From contig CAZWNK010000001.1 of NCBI GenBank assembly GCA_964635445.1, positions 3,422-67,421 of the forward strand: a stretch of 64,000 bases of DNA. The letters run 5' to 3'. The notes below the pieces were generated by a model, which did no database searches, was not told the origin of the DNA, and was given only the letters and a program-made list of their open reading frames with translations. Position numbers and translations under genes: made by a program. This document shows positions 42,701 through 52,695 of the stretch, in pieces. The DNA is from an uncultured Candidatus Saccharibacteria bacterium. GTDB lineage: Bacteria; Patescibacteriota; Saccharimonadia; Saccharimonadales; CAZDBS01. How positions within the stretch are numbered: position 1 is the stretch's first letter; each line of letters opens with the position of its first letter.

Positions 42701-43455
42701 CGATCTTCATCTGCCAAGAACGCCCCGGTTTGCACACACAGCAAGATTTCGTGCGCTTCTTGGTCAGATTCGTGAAGATAGTGTGCATCACACGTGACGA
42801 CACATTTGATATCGAGCTCCTCGGCTATCTTCATGAGTTTGCGATTTACCTCGACTTGCTGATCCCATTTCAATGGCGCATCTGGGTGGCCATGATCTTG
42901 CAGCTCGATATAGTACCTATCGCCAAATACTGATTTGTACCATGCAGCGACCTGTTTGGCCTGCTCATCTTGGTTGGTGCTCAGCAAATCACCCAGTTCA
43001 CCTCCCATACAAGCTGAGAGACAGATCAGCCCTTCGTTGTATTGCTCGAGTAGCTCATGGTCTACACGGGGTTTGTAATAATACCCATCGAGGTTGGCGA
43101 TGGTGCTAAGTCGCATAAGATTCTCATATCCTTTGTTGTTCATCGACAAGAGGATGAGATGGTAGCGTCCTTTGTCCTTTACTGGATCCTTGTCTGTATG
43201 TTTACGGGAGGCGACATACGTCTCCATGCCGATGATAGGCTTGATATCTCGGGCTTTGGCTTCTTTGTAGAACTCAATAGCTCCGGACAACGTACCATGG
43301 TCCGTCATCGCTATTGCTTCCATGCCGAGTTCTTTGACAGTATCCAGCATCTCTGGAACCTTTTGCAGACCATCAAGCAGACTATACTGCGTATGGTTAT
43401 GCAGATGTACAAAATCTGACGGCTTGAGAGTAGTAGACGAATGTTGCTTCGACAC
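39793..43455 (-). CDS. dnaE: DNA polymerase III alpha subunit
   Basis: HLHNHTQYSLLDG (PHP), GRGSAAGS, PDVDVD, FNKSH. Confidence 0.98.
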   Translation of the reverse strand: MSKQHSSTTLKPSDFVHLHNHTQYSLLDGLQKVPEMLDTVKELGMEAIAMTDHGTLSGAIEFYKEAKARDIKPIIGMETYVASRKHTDKDPVKDKGRYHLILLSMNNKGYENLMRLSTIANLDGYYYKPRVDHELLEQYNEGLICLSACMGGELGDLLSTNQDEQAKQVAAWYKSVFGDRYYIELQDHGHPDAPLKWDQQVEVNRKLMKIAEELDIKCVVTCDAHYLHESDQEAHEILLCVQTGAFLADEDRMSLKDFHLHVTEPLELIGRWGAEHPDYISNTKEIADRCNVEFELGRILIPKFPVPAGMDEKSFLDQLVYQGLAWRYGEVSETESKNLSIDDAKKTIPEPVLQRAVYELGVIDQMGFNGYFLIIWDFINWGKGNGIIFGPGRGSAAGSIIAYSLKITELDPLKYDLLFERFLNPDRISMPDVDVDIQDSRRDEVIQYCVQKYGKERVANIVTFGKMMGRNAIRDVSRVLQVPYADADRLAKLVPPPAQGRHIPLKKSINETPELKHEYDTNPTAKRVMDLAVRVEGTIRSHGVHAAGVVIAPDDIVKFVPLELAQKGVIATQYPMGPIEELGLLKMDFLGLSNLTIIKNALRIIKRVYDNDIDISTIPLDDQKTFDLLARGDTTGVFQFESSGMKRYLRELKPTVFDDVVAMGALYRPGPLSAGLTDSYIKRKNGLEPVSYAHPLMEAALGNTFGVLVYQEQVMQISRDVCGFTGGEADTLRKAIGKKKIDVMEKMKVKFIDGAVANGVDKALIEKFWKDLLGFADYCFNKSHSACYGLISYQTAYLKAHYPSAFMAALMTSDMDDTDRLAIEISECQHMGIEVLPPDVNESFAEFAVVPGGDPMTDKVRFGMAAVKNVGEAAVDEIVRIRNENGKFASLEDFVKRVSTKSVNRKVWESLIRAGAYDRFASRGDLLHNLDAILAFGARLHKEAAEGQSDLFGGLMNSDEYIGAISFESAPNPPTEREQLQWERELLGLYLSNHPLKMFDTYLKENAVATKKLTQDMDGKTVQIGGIISAVRQIVTKNNAKMAFVKLEDQSGDVELIVFPSVFEEHESLLVIDNVVIARGKINAKDREGNLTSEIKILADELREITPESIQDYHSTGIEKEPPKFRKKKIVTSSEVSTSSQSPPTLEQILYLQIKDPKNADTLLQLKQQLNTAPGERSVVLVLGEGEQKTAIRLPFRIDPHQELLGNLTGLLGESSVVLR

Positions 43456-43521
43456 GAAGAAATCACCCTCCAGTGATAGTCATATTATATGCTACCGGGC
43501 AGTTGCTTGTCAGTGTTGAAT

Positions 43522-43770
43522 TTACTTATGAAGGGAGTTCTGAACGGTATCGACGATGTGGCCGATGAGTGGCAACGAATGGAAACGAGACAGCACCCAC
43601 ACCAGAATTGTGATGCCCACCGTTCCGCCTATTGCTGCCCCAAAACCTGAAACTGCACCTTTGATGAAAGATGGCACGTAGCTTTTGCGTCGTTTAAAAT
43701 CTCCCGACTCATAGAGATTGACAAGTTGTTTGCCTAGCTCTTCATAATTGGGTTGTGTTTTGTCAGTCAC
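43522..43770 (-). CDS. Small membrane protein (DUF5665-like)
   Basis: FIKGAVSGFGAAIGGT..LPLIG. Confidence 0.7.
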   Translation of the reverse strand: MTDKTQPNYEELGKQLVNLYESGDFKRRKSYVPSFIKGAVSGFGAAIGGTVGITILVWVLSRFHSLPLIGHIVDTVQNSLHK

Positions 43771-43772
43771 TA

Positions 43773-44198
43773 CTATTTCTCGTCTTTTTTGGGCGGATTC
43801 AATAGTTTCTGCATCTTGTCACGTAGTTCTTCAGCCTCTTTGATAGCCTTTTGCACCTCGCTATCATCAGCATCGCCATCGTGCAGGCCGCTGAGGGTCT
43901 CTCGTACGCGCGCCATGACTGTTTCTGCTTTGCCCACGAGTTCTGCTAGCTCTTTACTAGCTTTGCCTGTGGTTTGCGCTGCAAGCTTCTTGAAATCTAC
44001 TGATTTGTCCTGCAGTTCTTTGAGTAGTACTTTGAGTCTCTTTTCGGCCTCTACGCGCGCTTTGGCTACACCTTCTTTGATATCTTCACGGGTTTCTTTG
44101 CCACTTTTTGGTGCCGTCAATAGGCCAGTTACTAACCCTGCGATCGCACCAATGATCGCACCGATTGCAAATTTCTTGCCAGTATTTTCTTTGGCCAT
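43773..44198 (-). CDS. YtxH domain protein
   Basis: GLLTAPKSGKETREDI. Confidence 0.88.
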   Translation of the reverse strand: MAKENTGKKFAIGAIIGAIAGLVTGLLTAPKSGKETREDIKEGVAKARVEAEKRLKVLLKELQDKSVDFKKLAAQTTGKASKELAELVGKAETVMARVRETLSGLHDGDADDSEVQKAIKEAEELRDKMQKLLNPPKKDEK

Positions 44199-44477
44199 CT
44201 ACTCCTCCTTGTCGGATTTTTTAGACTTATGTTTTCTATTGAGGCTCACTGTTTCGACAATATTGGCGACGACTTTGGTGATAGCCATTGGCGCGGCTGT
44301 TTTTTTCAAAAACTGGCCGACCGCTTCGACATTATCGAGCACTCCCTCGGCACGGGCGATAAGTTTTCGTACTTCAGAAAGGATTTTGACAATTATGACT
44401 CCTGCTATGACAGCTATGAGCAATGCGATAGCAAGAACGACTGATAACACGATGACGAGTATATGATATGCATCCAT
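44199..44477 (-). CDS. Small membrane protein
   Basis: N-terminal TM plus helix; upstream of the YtxH gene. Confidence 0.7.
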   Translation of the reverse strand: MDAYHILVIVLSVVLAIALLIAVIAGVIIVKILSEVRKLIARAEGVLDNVEAVGQFLKKTAAPMAITKVVANIVETVSLNRKHKSKKSDKEE

Positions 44478-44493
44478 GTGCATCAGTATAGCA

Positions 44494-45933
44494 CTACTCA
44501 GGCTGAGAGAGTTGCTGCTTTATGATCTCTTGGACGGCGCCTGGATTGGCTTTGCCTTGACTGGCTTTCATGACTTGTCCGACGAGAAATCCGATCGCTT
44601 TCATCTCGCCATTTCGTACATCTTGCGCCGCCTTTTCATTTGTCTTGAGAACGTTCGCGACAATCGCTTCGAGCTCAGATGTATCAGAAACCTGTAGGAG
44701 ATTTTTGGCATCAGCTACTGCCTCAGGATCGCCACCATGTTCGACAATTTCCAATAATACTTCCTTGGCTGCTGATGAGCTGAGTGTATTCGTGCCCACC
44801 ATGCCCGAAAGTTTGATGAGCGAATCAGCGTCCAAATTCAGAGCATCTTCAGTCCACTCCCCTTTGCTAAGTTTTTCTTGAACAGGCCCGATGAGCCAAT
44901 TGGCAATTCGTTTGGCATCTTCTGGCGTATCGAGACAGGACATAACGACATGTACAAACAAAGGTTGCATGAGAAGCGTGCCAATTTGCATTGAGCTCAG
45001 TCCTAGTGCACTCAACTTTTCGGTAATTTCATCAGGCATCATCGGCATCGATGTGCGAATAGTGTTTACAAAATCTTCCGTAAGCTCGAGCGGCGGGATA
45101 TCAGGCTCAGGGAAATATCGATAGTCATGCGCATCTTCTTTGCTTCGCTGACTAAACGTTTTTTGCTTGGAATCATCCCAGCCCCGAGTCTCCTGAACTA
45201 TCGTCTCGCCTGCTTCGAGCGCTTCACATTGCCGTTTGATTTCATACTCGACCGTTTTTTCAACTGCTCGAAATGAGTTGAGATTCTTTGTCTCAGTCCT
45301 CGTGCCAAGCTTACTCGGATCCTTTGAAACAGAGACGTTGACGTCAAAGCGCATGTTGCCGTAGTAGAGATTGCAATCACTAACATCGGCATAGCGCATC
45401 AGCATATAAAGTTTCTCGGCATACGCCTTGGCTTCGGCAGGAGTATGCATGTCGGGTTTACTGACAATTTCCATCAGTGGCGTTCCAGCACGATTGAGAT
45501 CCACGAGACTATAGTCCTGACCCTCGGGGTGCGTGGATTTGCCAGCATCCTCTTCGAGGTGAGCTCGTTCGACGCCAATATCTTTGGTCTCGCCATCGGG
45601 TAGAGTAATCGTGACGTGGCCTTGCAGAACGATCGGTTCATCGTACTGAGTGATCTGGTAACCTTTCGGCAAGTCAGGATAGAAATAATGTTTACGATCA
45701 AACTTGTTTTTGAGACCAATCTCTGCCTGAAGCGCGATACCTGCTCGCACCGCCAACTCGACAGCTTTTTCATTGAGAACTGGCAACACTCCTGGCAAAC
45801 CGAGGTCGATAGCGGAGATCTTGGTATTGGGTTCTGCATCACGAGCATCATTGTCGACTGCTGAAAACAATTTGCTCTTTGTTTTCAGCTGCACGTGCGT
45901 CTCGATACCGATGGTAGCGACGTAGCCGTCCAT
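44494..45933 (-). CDS. gatB: Asp/Glu-tRNA amidotransferase subunit B
   Basis: IGIETHVQL, YPDLPKGYQITQ, DYRYFPEPD. Confidence 0.97.
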   Translation of the reverse strand: MDGYVATIGIETHVQLKTKSKLFSAVDNDARDAEPNTKISAIDLGLPGVLPVLNEKAVELAVRAGIALQAEIGLKNKFDRKHYFYPDLPKGYQITQYDEPIVLQGHVTITLPDGETKDIGVERAHLEEDAGKSTHPEGQDYSLVDLNRAGTPLMEIVSKPDMHTPAEAKAYAEKLYMLMRYADVSDCNLYYGNMRFDVNVSVSKDPSKLGTRTETKNLNSFRAVEKTVEYEIKRQCEALEAGETIVQETRGWDDSKQKTFSQRSKEDAHDYRYFPEPDIPPLELTEDFVNTIRTSMPMMPDEITEKLSALGLSSMQIGTLLMQPLFVHVVMSCLDTPEDAKRIANWLIGPVQEKLSKGEWTEDALNLDADSLIKLSGMVGTNTLSSSAAKEVLLEIVEHGGDPEAVADAKNLLQVSDTSELEAIVANVLKTNEKAAQDVRNGEMKAIGFLVGQVMKASQGKANPGAVQEIIKQQLSQPE

Positions 45934-46344
45934 CTAGAGAGCTCCCAGATCCTTTAAAGCCTGACGAAAACTTACGAGCGCGCTATGTATGTGCTGTTTC
46001 TTGGGAGCAAAATCAGTCTCATGGACGATCTTGTTCCGAAGTTTATGAGCCATCCAGACACTATCGGCTTTTTTAAAGCTCTTCTGCGCAGACACCATGC
46101 GTTCACCCATAGTACCGCCCTTAAAGTGCAACTGTTTGAGCGCCTCATCAAGCAGCTTATCGGCTTCGATGACAGCCAGCTTCATGCCTTCATTGGAGCT
46201 GAGCAGATTTTGAAGATCATTCCAACGACGGACAAAGTACTCGCGTTTCAGACCTGATGTCTTGCGCTTTACGACTGCCATAGCACCAAACAATATGACA
46301 GCGAAAACTATTACCAATCCTACCAACACTACATTATTCATCAT
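45934..46344 (-). CDS. Membrane-anchored hypothetical protein between gatA and gatB
   Basis: N-terminal TM, AVIEADKLLD, AHKLRNKIVHE. Confidence 0.75.
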   Translation of the reverse strand: MMNNVVLVGLVIVFAVILFGAMAVVKRKTSGLKREYFVRRWNDLQNLLSSNEGMKLAVIEADKLLDEALKQLHFKGGTMGERMVSAQKSFKKADSVWMAHKLRNKIVHETDFAPKKQHIHSALVSFRQALKDLGAL

Positions 46345-47767
46345 GTTTCCTTTGTATCGACTCGTATGACTTTGCAACTGACAATAGTAATTTGTCTTTA
46401 CGTTGCGGCGCCATTAATTGTACACCTACCGGTAGTCCATTTGCCGTAGGTCCTGGCACCGAGATGGCCGGCACACCAGTCATGTTTGCAGCAACCGTCA
46501 TGATATCAGTCAGATACATTTTCAACGGGTCTTCGGCATTCTCACCAATTTTGAAAGCGGTTTCTGGGGCCACCGGTCCGATAAGGATATCGAATTGCTC
46601 GAATGCTTTATCAAACTCTTGAATGAGTTTTGTTCGTACTTCCTGGGCCTTTTTATAGTAGGCATCGTAGTAACCGCTGCTAAGCACATACGTACCGATC
46701 ATGATTCGGCGCTTTGCTTCAGCGCCAAACCCCACTGAACGACTCATCTCATACGCTTCTTCAAGTGTTGCGGCATCGGGATGGCTGTAGCCAAATCGTT
46801 GGCCATCATAACGACTCAAGTTCGAGCTAACTTCAGCAGGACAGATAACATAATAGACCGCGAGTGCGAGCGCGAGCGTTGGTATACTAACTTCTTGTAC
46901 CTGTGCTCCAGCTGCCCTAAGTTGATCTGTTGCTTTTAGTATCGAATCTTTAACTCCTGGATCTATCCCTTCGGCAAGGTACTCTTTCACGACGCCTATT
47001 CGGACTTTTGATAGATCGGCTTCATCCCCGATGTAAGATATTGCGTCGCGCTCAATCGTCGTCGAATCATGCTCATCCTTTCCAGACATCACATCAAGGA
47101 CAAGTGCAACGTCCTCAACAGTCCTGGCAAGTGGCCCTATGACATCAGTCGAGCTCGCCATGGCAATGACGCCAAAGCGCGAGACCAAACCATAGGTAGG
47201 TTTATACCCCACAGCCCCTGTGAAACTTGCTGGCAGCCGAATCGAACCACCAGTATCCGTACCTAGCGCAAACGGAGCCATATCCAACATCACAGCTGCC
47301 GCTGAACCGCCAGACGACCCTCCCGGGACTCGAGTAGGATCAGTAGGATGTTTCGTAGTCATCACGTCACTATTTTCTGTGCTTGAGCCATGTGCGAATG
47401 CATCCAAATTTGCTTTCGCAACACATATCGCTCCCTCTGCCTCCAATTTCTCTATAGCAGTTGACTGATACGGCGCTACGAAACCTTTGAGTATGTTACT
47501 TGCCGCGGTCGTCTCGCCACCGAAAACCAAGAAGTTGTCTTTAGCAATGAAAGGAACTCCTGCCAAGCGACCAACAGTCTCGCCCTTCCCGACTCTCTCA
47601 TCGATTTCTGCAGCTCGTTTTCGAGCATTGTCAGCGAGTGTCGAGATAATTGCATTGTATTCTGACTTTGCTTCTATTGTTTTCAGTGACTGCTCGACGA
47701 GGTCAGCAGCCTTTCGTTCACCACTCTGAACCTTCGTCGCAATATCAGCAATAGGATCCCAGCTCAT
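46334..47767 (-). CDS. gatA: Asp/Glu-tRNA amidotransferase subunit A
   Basis: PGGSSGGSAA, GTDTGGSIRLPA amidase signature. Confidence 0.97.
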   Translation of the reverse strand: MSWDPIADIATKVQSGERKAADLVEQSLKTIEAKSEYNAIISTLADNARKRAAEIDERVGKGETVGRLAGVPFIAKDNFLVFGGETTAASNILKGFVAPYQSTAIEKLEAEGAICVAKANLDAFAHGSSTENSDVMTTKHPTDPTRVPGGSSGGSAAAVMLDMAPFALGTDTGGSIRLPASFTGAVGYKPTYGLVSRFGVIAMASSTDVIGPLARTVEDVALVLDVMSGKDEHDSTTIERDAISYIGDEADLSKVRIGVVKEYLAEGIDPGVKDSILKATDQLRAAGAQVQEVSIPTLALALAVYYVICPAEVSSNLSRYDGQRFGYSHPDAATLEEAYEMSRSVGFGAEAKRRIMIGTYVLSSGYYDAYYKKAQEVRTKLIQEFDKAFEQFDILIGPVAPETAFKIGENAEDPLKMYLTDIMTVAANMTGVPAISVPGPTANGLPVGVQLMAPQRKDKLLLSVAKSYESIQRKHDE

Positions 47768-48057
47768 CCGAGTACTCGCTTCACTTTGATGTAGTTGCCT
47801 TCCCGATTAGGTACATTTTTCAGCAAGTCTTCAGTCGTCGTACCGTAATCTTTGATCTCATCAGGTCTCATGACATTCTTCAGTCCTGTGACTTGCGTCG
47901 TTGGTTCCAGCCCAGCCACATCGACGTTCTGAAGCTGCTCGACATAGCCGAGAACCGCTGAGATTTCATTACTGAATTTCTCAACCTCATCGTCCGTGAG
48001 TTTCAAGCGAGCTAATTTAGCCAATTTCAAGATGTCTTCTCGAGAAAGTTTTGTCAT
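47764..48057 (-). CDS. gatC: Asp/Glu-tRNA amidotransferase subunit C
   Basis: LAKLARL, NVMRPD; operon position. Confidence 0.95.
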   Translation of the reverse strand: MTKLSREDILKLAKLARLKLTDDEVEKFSNEISAVLGYVEQLQNVDVAGLEPTTQVTGLKNVMRPDEIKDYGTTTEDLLKNVPNREGNYIKVKRVLG

Positions 48058-48129
48058 ATATTAGATCCTAGTATAGCAGATTTTGGAAGCCGTAACAGAT
48101 ATCAGAACAACTTTGCTATCATTGAGTAT

Positions 48130-48528
48130 ATGCAAAGCAAGTATCCCAATGGCTTCTATAGAGTATCGATTAAAGCACTAATAAGAGATGGTAAAGGAAG
48201 GGTGCTTGTCGTCAAAGAAGATGATAAATGCTGGGATCTTCCGGGCGGAGGGTTGGATCATGGAGAAAATATCCAAGATTCATTAAAACGTGAACTATTT
48301 GAAGAGATAGGGCATAATGAGTCGTTTGAATCTCACTTCGTTGGTATAGAGTCAATGTTTCTACCAGAAAAAGAGGCTTGGTTACTATGGATTGTTTACG
48401 AAGTTACTATTCGTGACTTTGTCCCTAAGGTAGGTAGTCACACAAAAGAAGTCGTGTTCAAAAACCCGAAAGATTTTGAAAACAGTCAGCATCAATTCGA
48501 AAAACTCATCCACAGCCTTTGCGGCTAG
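48130..48528 (+). CDS. NUDIX hydrolase
   Basis: WDLPGGGLDHGE....LKRELFEEIG. Confidence 0.92.
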   Translation: MQSKYPNGFYRVSIKALIRDGKGRVLVVKEDDKCWDLPGGGLDHGENIQDSLKRELFEEIGHNESFESHFVGIESMFLPEKEAWLLWIVYEVTIRDFVPKVGSHTKEVVFKNPKDFENSQHQFEKLIHSLCG

Positions 48529-48544
48529 TTGTCTTTTGTGGGGT

Positions 48545-48749
48545 CTGGGGTCTTGGACCGAACCTGAGGAGATGTTGTTGAAAAGAGGCGTATGTCTGGT
48601 CGGTACTCGACCCTGAAGGAATGAATGGGTCTTACCGACTAGCCTGTTTTCAACCAACAGAACCATCAAGCGAGGTACACGAACCCCAGTGGTTTTGCAC
48701 ACTTTTGACAGCAAAAGTGTGAATAGAGTTTGTCCGGGCGATACCGGAC
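48545..48749 (+). repeat. Long imperfect hairpin followed by repeat family B, copy 2
   Basis: CTGGGGT/ACCCCAG, TTGAAAAGAGGC/GCCTGTTTTCAA, CTGGTCGGTA/TACCGACTAG, then CACACTTTTG-ACAG-CAAAAGTGTG. Confidence 0.65.
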
Positions 48750-48752
48750 TAA

Positions 48753-50714
48753 TTACATTTTTGCTTTTATCTCAGCGATTGAGTCTCTGAGTTCGGCGGC
48801 TTTTTCAAATTGTAAGTTAGCGGCTGCAAATTCCATCTGGGTCGTCAGGTCCTTGATAAGATGCTTGTACTCGTCTTTGGGAATCTTGCGAAGATCGATG
48901 GTTGGTTTTACTTCCTCTTTGACTGCTCGCGGAATACCGTCGCCGATTGTTTTACTAACACTACGGGGCGTGATGCCATGCTCTTTGTTGTAGGATTCCT
49001 GGATAGCGCGACGGCGGTTGGTCTCATCGATCGTGCGTTGCATCGAACCGGTGATCGAATCAGCGTACATGATGACGCGGCCTTCTTCATGACGAGCAGC
49101 CCGTCCGACAGTCTGGATCAGCGCTTGCTCACTACGCAAGAAACCCTCTTTGTCGGCATCGAGGATCGCGACAAGTGATACCTCTGGCAGATCAAGTCCT
49201 TCGCGCAGGAGGTTGATACCGATCAAGACATCATAGATGCCAAGACGCAGATCTCTCAGGATATCAGTTCGCTCCAACGTATCGACATCGGAGTGCAGGT
49301 ACTGGACTTTGATATTGAGTTCCTGCAAGTACTCGGTCAGGTCCTCGCTCATTCGCTTGGTCAATGTCGTCACGAGAACGCGCTGGCCTTTATCGATAGT
49401 TGCTCGTATTTCTGCGATCAGATCGTCGACCTGTCCTTCGACCGGCCTGACTTCAATTGGCGGATCGAGCAATCCTGTCGGACGGATGACTTGCTGCACA
49501 GGCTCAGGGCTTCGATCCAGTTCGTACTGTGCTGGGGTTGCTGAGACATACACGACTTGGTTGACGTGACGCTCAAACTCTAGGAACGTCAGTGGACGGT
49601 TGTCGAGCGCACTTGGCAAACGAAAACCATGCTCGACGAGCACTTCTTTGCGCGCACGATCGCCATTGTACATACCACGTACTTGCGGGACTGTCATATG
49701 CGATTCGTCGATGAGCAGCAGATAATCGTCGGGATAATAATCAAGTAGGGTCGCTGGCTGTTCACCTGGTTCTCGATCTGTAAGATAGCGTGAGTAGTTC
49801 TCGATTCCTTTGACAAATCCAGTCTCCTCTAGCATCTCGAGATCAAAACGAGTTCGCTGCTTCAGTCGTTGCGCCTCTACTAGTTTTCCTTCACGCTCAA
49901 ACTGCGATACGCGCTGCTCCAGCTCATGCTCGATCTTGCCTAATGCGACTTTTAATTTGTCATACGGCGTGACATAGTGACTGCCCGGGAAGACTTTGAA
50001 TCGATCGACGTTGGCTACTATCTCTCCTGTCAACGGATCGACGCGCGTGATGCGCTCGACGGTATCACCAAAAAACTCGACTCGATACGCCACTTCTTCG
50101 CTTGCTGGAAAGACATCGACAACATCACCGCGAACACGAAACGTCCCCCGGTGAAAATCGATGTCATTTCGTTGGTATTGGATGTCGGTCAGGTGTCGTA
50201 TAAATTTGTCTTGCTTTCGTTGCTCGCCTTTCACGACTTCGATCGACATGCCGCCATAGTCATCCACCGAACCGATACCATAGATACAACTTACACTCGC
50301 TACGATGATAACATCACGCCTGGTCAGCAGCGCGTCAGTCGCTGCATGGCGGAGTCGATCGATCTCCTCGTTTATCTGTGAATCTTTCTCGATATACGTA
50401 TCGCTCCGAGGGATATAGGCTTCTGGCTGATAGTAATCAAAATAACTGACAAAATAGTGCACTGGATTATCAGGGAAAAACGCCTTGAACTCGCTATAGA
50501 GCTGTGCGGCAAGCGTCTTGTTGTGACTTAGGACCAGCGTCGGCTTCTGGGTATTTTGGATGAGATTGGCCATCGTAAACGTCTTGCCCGATCCGGTGAC
50601 ACCCAGCAAGACCTGCTCTTTCGTCCCCTTCTGCAGGCCTTCAGTTAGTTTTCGGATCGCCTCTGGCTGATCACCAGTCGGCTGATACTCACTGTTTAGT
50701 CTGAACTGTTCCAC
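48753..50714 (-). CDS. uvrB: Excinuclease ABC subunit B
   Basis: [31 protein letters not shown]. Confidence 0.98.
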   Translation of the reverse strand: MEQFRLNSEYQPTGDQPEAIRKLTEGLQKGTKEQVLLGVTGSGKTFTMANLIQNTQKPTLVLSHNKTLAAQLYSEFKAFFPDNPVHYFVSYFDYYQPEAYIPRSDTYIEKDSQINEEIDRLRHAATDALLTRRDVIIVASVSCIYGIGSVDDYGGMSIEVVKGEQRKQDKFIRHLTDIQYQRNDIDFHRGTFRVRGDVVDVFPASEEVAYRVEFFGDTVERITRVDPLTGEIVANVDRFKVFPGSHYVTPYDKLKVALGKIEHELEQRVSQFEREGKLVEAQRLKQRTRFDLEMLEETGFVKGIENYSRYLTDREPGEQPATLLDYYPDDYLLLIDESHMTVPQVRGMYNGDRARKEVLVEHGFRLPSALDNRPLTFLEFERHVNQVVYVSATPAQYELDRSPEPVQQVIRPTGLLDPPIEVRPVEGQVDDLIAEIRATIDKGQRVLVTTLTKRMSEDLTEYLQELNIKVQYLHSDVDTLERTDILRDLRLGIYDVLIGINLLREGLDLPEVSLVAILDADKEGFLRSEQALIQTVGRAARHEEGRVIMYADSITGSMQRTIDETNRRRAIQESYNKEHGITPRSVSKTIGDGIPRAVKEEVKPTIDLRKIPKDEYKHLIKDLTTQMEFAAANLQFEKAAELRDSIAEIKAKM

Positions 50715-50735
50715 AGATGATATTGTAACAGGACA

Positions 50736-51341
50736 TCACCCACGACGATTGGTAACTTTTTTTGTGGTTTTGCGTCCAGAGTCTTTGTGCTCGATATCAC
50801 TAAACTCTTCATCGAGCAAATCTACAATTCTTTTGACTAATCTTTCTGGATTATCATCATAGATAACTAGTCTTTTATGTGGCGGCTCTAGAATCGACAT
50901 AAGATCAGGAATTAAGTCAGCTGTTCCACCGCTACCTATTAAGACCCCGCACGGCTTACCGGCTTCGAGGGTGGTTGTAAATTCCTGTAATGTACCGACA
51001 CGTCCACCCACAAAGACCACGGCATCGCTCGAATGAATCATATGCAGATCGCGTCCGGCATAAGCCATACCGGTGAAGTTGATAAAATCAAACCCCTCAA
51101 GCGGCAAACGATATTTATAAACATGTTCTCTGGTAGAAGCAGCAGGGGAAAAGCCGACAGACATACCTTTGGCTTTTTTTGCAGCCTTGGCAGCATAGAA
51201 AGGCAATCCGATAGTCGCGCCAGTCAGAAGGATCTGTCCTTCTTTTGCAACTGCCGCACCGAGACGTGCAGCCAACTCATGACTTGCTTCAACTGTGCGA
51301 CCGGAAGCAGCACCAGACACGCAGATTTGATATTTACTCAT
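50736..51341 (-). CDS. LOG/SLOG family Rossmann-fold protein
   Basis: LTGATIGLP, SDAVVFVGGRVGTLQE. Confidence 0.8.
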   Translation of the reverse strand: MSKYQICVSGAASGRTVEASHELAARLGAAVAKEGQILLTGATIGLPFYAAKAAKKAKGMSVGFSPAASTREHVYKYRLPLEGFDFINFTGMAYAGRDLHMIHSSDAVVFVGGRVGTLQEFTTTLEAGKPCGVLIGSGGTADLIPDLMSILEPPHKRLVIYDDNPERLVKRIVDLLDEEFSDIEHKDSGRKTTKKVTNRRG

Positions 51342-51345
51342 AGAT

Positions 51346-52593
51346 TTATCCTACCACCCTGGCTAATTTTTCTGGTGCGATCAGGTCGTTGTCAAGCTGT
51401 TGGAGTACTTGTTGTTCTAGGGTCTTCATACTCATGTAGCGTGCAAAGATCTCATTCCACAGGCTTTCTCGGAAATGGTAAATGACTCGATCATGATACG
51501 GTGTCTTGGTAGAGTTAGAAATCGACACGTCCATCATATTGAATGCGACCGGGCGTTTCTCATACATCGCACCGACATAGTCGAGATCTTTCCAGAAAGC
51601 TAGTTCAGGATCGATTTCATACAGTACGTCCTCAGCTTTTCGCCAGTGCAGGTCTTCGGGTTGGACATGAGGTTCAAATATCTCTGGATGTCGCTCTTTT
51701 TCGAGCTTGCCAAAATAGCGCTGAATAACTCGCCAATGGATGTGCTGTCCAGCCATGACGGCAGCCGAAGCTGGATCAGCGATAAGGGTATCGACAAATA
51801 TTTGACCGAAATGAGAGGACGTACTTTTGAGTTTGAAAAAAGAGCTATAGAGTCGGATCTCGTTCATGTAATGAAACAGGAGCGATAGCGCGGTCATAGT
51901 GATCCCCGGGATTGTATCGACGGTGACTGGTAACATCAGAATCACGCCCAATTCTTTCAAGTGCGTAATGTTATGGCGCTTTTTATGCACGAATGCGTCA
52001 GCGATATCACCCCAGCGATCTTTCGGCATGATGACAATTTCTATTTTTCGTTTCTCGAAATCACTCGGCTTGAGCTTCTTGTAGTGCTCATCAAACTCAT
52101 TAAGCCACTCAGGTCCTTCGGCAAAACGCAGCGCGCCATAGATCTCGTACAAGCTTTCGTTTTTGATCATCGACTCGACCGACTGATATCCAAGTCGTTG
52201 CATGATCTGTGGCGGTGGCGTTGCGCGGAGCATGTCTCGAGCGACAGATTTCTTCAGCACCCAACAATCCTTGGGAATATCGACTCTATCTGCCGCTTTT
52301 TTGATCAACGGTATCAACTCTGCAACAGTGCTTTTGGATGAGCCTCCGATTTCTTTAGTGAGGTGCAGATCGTGCTTTCCTACCAAATGTCGCAATGCAT
52401 GATAGAGCTCCGTGCCAGTTGTATCTTTTGGATCGAGCCCCAACTCACGGGTCTTCATGTGAACTTTGCCGATGATTTCAGCAGTCAGACGCACATCGAC
52501 CGAAGTATTGCCCGACGCTTGCTCAAGTTGCTTCAAAGCCATAGAAAATAGTGGTTCTTTTGCTCCAAGCAAATCAGATAGAATTCGCGACAT
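51346..52593 (-). CDS. Hypothetical protein (415 aa), divergent from the RNA array
   Basis: Long ORF with SD GAGGGTGG; no recognised domain. Confidence 0.85.
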   Translation of the reverse strand: MSRILSDLLGAKEPLFSMALKQLEQASGNTSVDVRLTAEIIGKVHMKTRELGLDPKDTTGTELYHALRHLVGKHDLHLTKEIGGSSKSTVAELIPLIKKAADRVDIPKDCWVLKKSVARDMLRATPPPQIMQRLGYQSVESMIKNESLYEIYGALRFAEGPEWLNEFDEHYKKLKPSDFEKRKIEIVIMPKDRWGDIADAFVHKKRHNITHLKELGVILMLPVTVDTIPGITMTALSLLFHYMNEIRLYSSFFKLKSTSSHFGQIFVDTLIADPASAAVMAGQHIHWRVIQRYFGKLEKERHPEIFEPHVQPEDLHWRKAEDVLYEIDPELAFWKDLDYVGAMYEKRPVAFNMMDVSISNSTKTPYHDRVIYHFRESLWNEIFARYMSMKTLEQQVLQQLDNDLIAPEKLARVVG

Positions 52594-52666
52594 TACGTGT
52601 AGCCACCCTCGTTTTGGTTATGCTTATCTCTAGTATAACAAAGTGATGGAAGATAGAAACGATATA

Positions 52667-52695
52667 TTGACGAAAATGACGAAAGGTACTATCAT
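52667..52695 (+). promoter_or_regulatory. Sigma70 promoter of the RNA array
   Basis: TTGACG-N17-TATCAT. Confidence 0.7.

Noticed and set aside
43753-44466. 237-aa plus-strand ORF
   Set aside because: Antisense to the YtxH gene and its neighbour, with Ser/Leu-rich shadow composition.
48385-48714. 109-aa minus-strand ORF
   Set aside because: It overlaps the NUDIX gene antisense and a palindromic repeat region; no motif support.
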